Assembly: GCA_965218595.1 (NCBI GenBank)
Contig: CBDCLC010000005.1
Location: 41,368-105,367 of the forward strand
Reading direction: 5' to 3'
DNA from: Acidobacteriaceae bacterium
Lineage (GTDB): Bacteria > Acidobacteriota > Terriglobia > Terriglobales > Acidobacteriaceae
DNA length: 64,000 nt
A program made the position numbers and the translations under genes. The notes below the pieces were generated by a model that was not told where the DNA came from, did no database searches, and was given only the letters and a program-made list of their open reading frames with translations. Position 1 is the stretch's first letter; every line of letters starts with the position of its first letter. Positions 61,519 through 64,000 of this stretch are shown here, piece by piece.

Positions 61519-64000
61519 ATGTCGCTCAGCCCTTCTGCCTCCCCGTTCCCCTCTTCCCCCCTGCTGCCCATCCTTCAGCATCAGCCGCTTACGCCGCCGA
61601 ACCCGCCGCAGCCTCCCGCGACCGTGGTGGAGCGGCTGGTCGCCGAGCTCGGCAGGCGCACTGGCGCCGAGGTGCGCTTCGACGACGGATCCCGCGGCAT
61701 CTACGCCTCCGACCTTTCGCAGTACCGGCAGGTGCCGATCGGGGTTGTGATTCCCCGCACGGTTGACGACGTCGTGAACGCCGTCGCGGTCTGCCGCGAG
61801 CTCGACGTGCCCATCCTTGGCCGCGGCGCCGGCACCTCGCTTGCCGGCCAGACCTGCAACGTGGCCGTGGTGATTGATTTTTCGAAGTACCTCAACCGGC
61901 TGCTGGAGCTGAACGCGAAGAAGCGTTACGCCGTGGTTGAGCCTGGCCTGATCAACGATCAGCTGCGTGATGCCGCGGAGAAGCACCAGCTCACCTTCGC
62001 CCCGGACCCCGCCACCCACAGGTACTGCACCCTGGGCGGCATGATCGGCAACAACTCCTGCGGACCGCACTCCGTGCTTGGCGGCAAGACCAGCGAAAAC
62101 ATCGACGAGCTCGAGATCCTGCTCTACGACGGCACCCGCATGACGGTCGGCGCGACCTCGCCGCGCGAGCTCGACCGCATCGTCAAAACCGGCGGGCGCA
62201 AGGGCGAGATCTACGGAAAGCTGCGCGATCTGCGCGACCGCTACATCGAGCAGATCCGCACGGGATTTCCGCACATCCCACGCCGCGTTTCCGGATTCAA
62301 CCTCGACTACCTGCTGCCCGAGAACGGCTTCCACGTTGCCCGCGCTCTGGTCGGTTCGGAGTCGACCTGCGCCCTGGTGCTGCGCGCCAAGACGCGCCTG
62401 ATCGAAAGCCCGCAGTGCCGCGTGATGCTGCTGGTCGCCTTTCCGGATGTCTTTACCGCCGCCGACACCTCGTACGAGTTGGGCAAACTGGGCCCCATCG
62501 CGATCGAGGGCTTTATCAAGAAGGTCATCGACAACGAGCACCTCAAAGGCAAACACATGCCCGGCCTGCGCTTCTACAACCAGGGCGAAGCGTGGCTGAT
62601 CGTGGAGTTCGGCGCCGATACCCACAAAAAGGCGCTTGCCATGGCGGAAAAGGCGGAGGCCTGGCTGAAGAGCCACGACCGGCAGTTCATCGACTGCCAG
62701 CTGCTCGAGTCCAAGCAGGAGCAGAAGGAGGCCATGGAGGTGCGAGAGGCCGGCCTGGGCGCATCACGTGTGCCGGGTGTCGAGCCGCCAACCTTTACCG
62801 GATGGGAGGACTCCGCCGTGCCGCCCAAGGTGCTCGGCGCCTACCTGCGCGAGCTCCATGCGCTTCTTGTCCGATACCGCTATTACTGGGTGCTCTACGG
62901 GCATTTTGGCCAGGCCTGCATCCACATGCGCATCAACTTCGAGATGCGCACGGAGGAGGGTCTGCGGCAGTACCGGAGCTTTGTCACCGAGGCCGCGCAG
63001 TTGGTCGTCCGCTACGGCGGTTCGCTCTCGGGAGAGCACGGCGACGGCCAGGCCCGCGGCGAGCTTCTGCCCATCATGTACGGCCCAAAGCTGATGGAGG
63101 CCTTCCGCGAGTTCAAGCGCATCTGGGATCCGGACTCGAAGATGAACCCCGGCAAGGTGGTCGATCCGTACCCGCTCGACTCGCACATCCGCACCGGTCC
63201 GGACTACAAGCCGGCTACCGTGCTGACCTACTTCCAGTATCCCGACGACCACGGCAGCCTGGCAGAGGCGACCGAGCGCTGCTTCGGGGTAGGGAAGTGC
63301 CGGTCGCTCGACGGCGGCACCATGTGCCCGTCGTTCCAGGTCACGCGCGAGGAGGAGCACTCCACCCGCGGCCGCGCCCGCATGCTGTTTGAGATGCTGC
63401 GCGGCGACAGCGCCCTGCTCGAAGAGGGCTGGCAGAGCCCGGAGATCAAGGGCGCGCTCGACCTCTGCCTCGCCTGCAAGGGATGCAAGGGCGACTGCCC
63501 CGTCTCGGTCGATCTCGCCACTTACAAGTCCGAGTTTCTCGCCCACTTCTACGAGAAGCAGGCCCGCCCCATGGCGGCGTTCTCCATGGGGCAGATCGAC
63601 ACCTGGGCGCACCTTGCGTCGTTCGCGCCGGAGGTCGCCAACCTCTTTACGCAGACTCCCGGCCTGGCGTCGATCGTCAAAAAGCTTGGCGGCGTCACCC
63701 AGCACCGCGCCATGCCCGCCTTTCCTCCGCGGACCTTTCGCCAGTGGTTTGAGAGCCGCACCCCGCCCACCCGCGCCGGTTCGCGCGGCGAGGTCGTCCT
63801 GTGGGCCGACACCTTCAACAACCACTTCTTCCCGCACACCGCCCAGGCCGCCGTCGAGGTGCTGGAGGACGCCGGCTTCCGCGTCCGCCTGCCCCGGCAG
63901 AAGCTCTGCTGCGGCCGGCCGCTGTACGACTTCGGATTTCTGGACCAGGCCAAGAGCTACCTCGTCGGCATCCTCCAGGCGCTGCAGCCGGAGATCGCCG
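61519..64000 (+). CDS. FAD-linked oxidase with C-terminal 4Fe-4S and CCG domains (YdiJ/GlcD-like); runs off the window
   Basis: Manual frame-1 translation from ATG 61519 (AAGGAG upstream): VRFDDGSRGIYASDLSQY..., RGAGTSLAGQ, CTLGGMIGNNSCG, SGEHGDG, CFGVGKCR, CLACKGCKGDCP, CCGRP. Confidence 0.92.
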   Translation, partial: MSLSPSASPFPSSPLLPILQHQPLTPPNPPQPPATVVERLVAELGRRTGAEVRFDDGSRGIYASDLSQYRQVPIGVVIPRTVDDVVNAVAVCRELDVPILGRGAGTSLAGQTCNVAVVIDFSKYLNRLLELNAKKRYAVVEPGLINDQLRDAAEKHQLTFAPDPATHRYCTLGGMIGNNSCGPHSVLGGKTSENIDELEILLYDGTRMTVGATSPRELDRIVKTGGRKGEIYGKLRDLRDRYIEQIRTGFPHIPRRVSGFNLDYLLPENGFHVARALVGSESTCALVLRAKTRLIESPQCRVMLLVAFPDVFTAADTSYELGKLGPIAIEGFIKKVIDNEHLKGKHMPGLRFYNQGEAWLIVEFGADTHKKALAMAEKAEAWLKSHDRQFIDCQLLESKQEQKEAMEVREAGLGASRVPGVEPPTFTGWEDSAVPPKVLGAYLRELHALLVRYRYYWVLYGHFGQACIHMRINFEMRTEEGLRQYRSFVTEAAQLVVRYGGSLSGEHGDGQARGELLPIMYGPKLMEAFREFKRIWDPDSKMNPGKVVDPYPLDSHIRTGPDYKPATVLTYFQYPDDHGSLAEATERCFGVGKCRSLDGGTMCPSFQVTREEEHSTRGRARMLFEMLRGDSALLEEGWQSPEIKGALDLCLACKGCKGDCPVSVDLATYKSEFLAHFYEKQARPMAAFSMGQIDTWAHLASFAPEVANLFTQTPGLASIVKKLGGVTQHRAMPAFPPRTFRQWFESRTPPTRAGSRGEVVLWADTFNNHFFPHTAQAAVEVLEDAGFRVRLPRQKLCCGRPLYDFGFLDQAKSYLVGILQALQPEIA

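Overview
This is a GC-rich, gene-dense bacterial chromosomal segment. Its gene set points to Acidobacteriota, probably Acidobacteriaceae: Acidobacterial-type VWA proteins, a PEP-CTERM protein, Uma2, an orphan GvpL/F and a tricorn-like S41 peptidase (taxonomy inferred from protein families). About 55 CDSs can be supported. Most are housekeeping or envelope genes (thrC, class I fumarase, hrcA-grpE-dnaJ, murA, murQ, lepB, era, ppk2, folD, coaE, rnhA, pyrG, fabD, bcp), alongside secreted proteases and several uncharacterised membrane proteins. I found no rRNA, tRNA, CRISPR array, integrase or transposase. The structure these genes do not explain is intergenic: two unrelated families of palindromic REP-like repeats (about 12 units of family A, about 10 of family B) at six loci, all at gene 3' ends. 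They form ordered doublets, 216- and 267-bp duplications and a nested composite. They also form tandem arrays built only from the element terminus, and family B shows compensatory stem changes. This repeat system is the best candidate for an under-described system here; its mobilising enzyme is not in the window. Start codons marked as alternatives are judgement calls.
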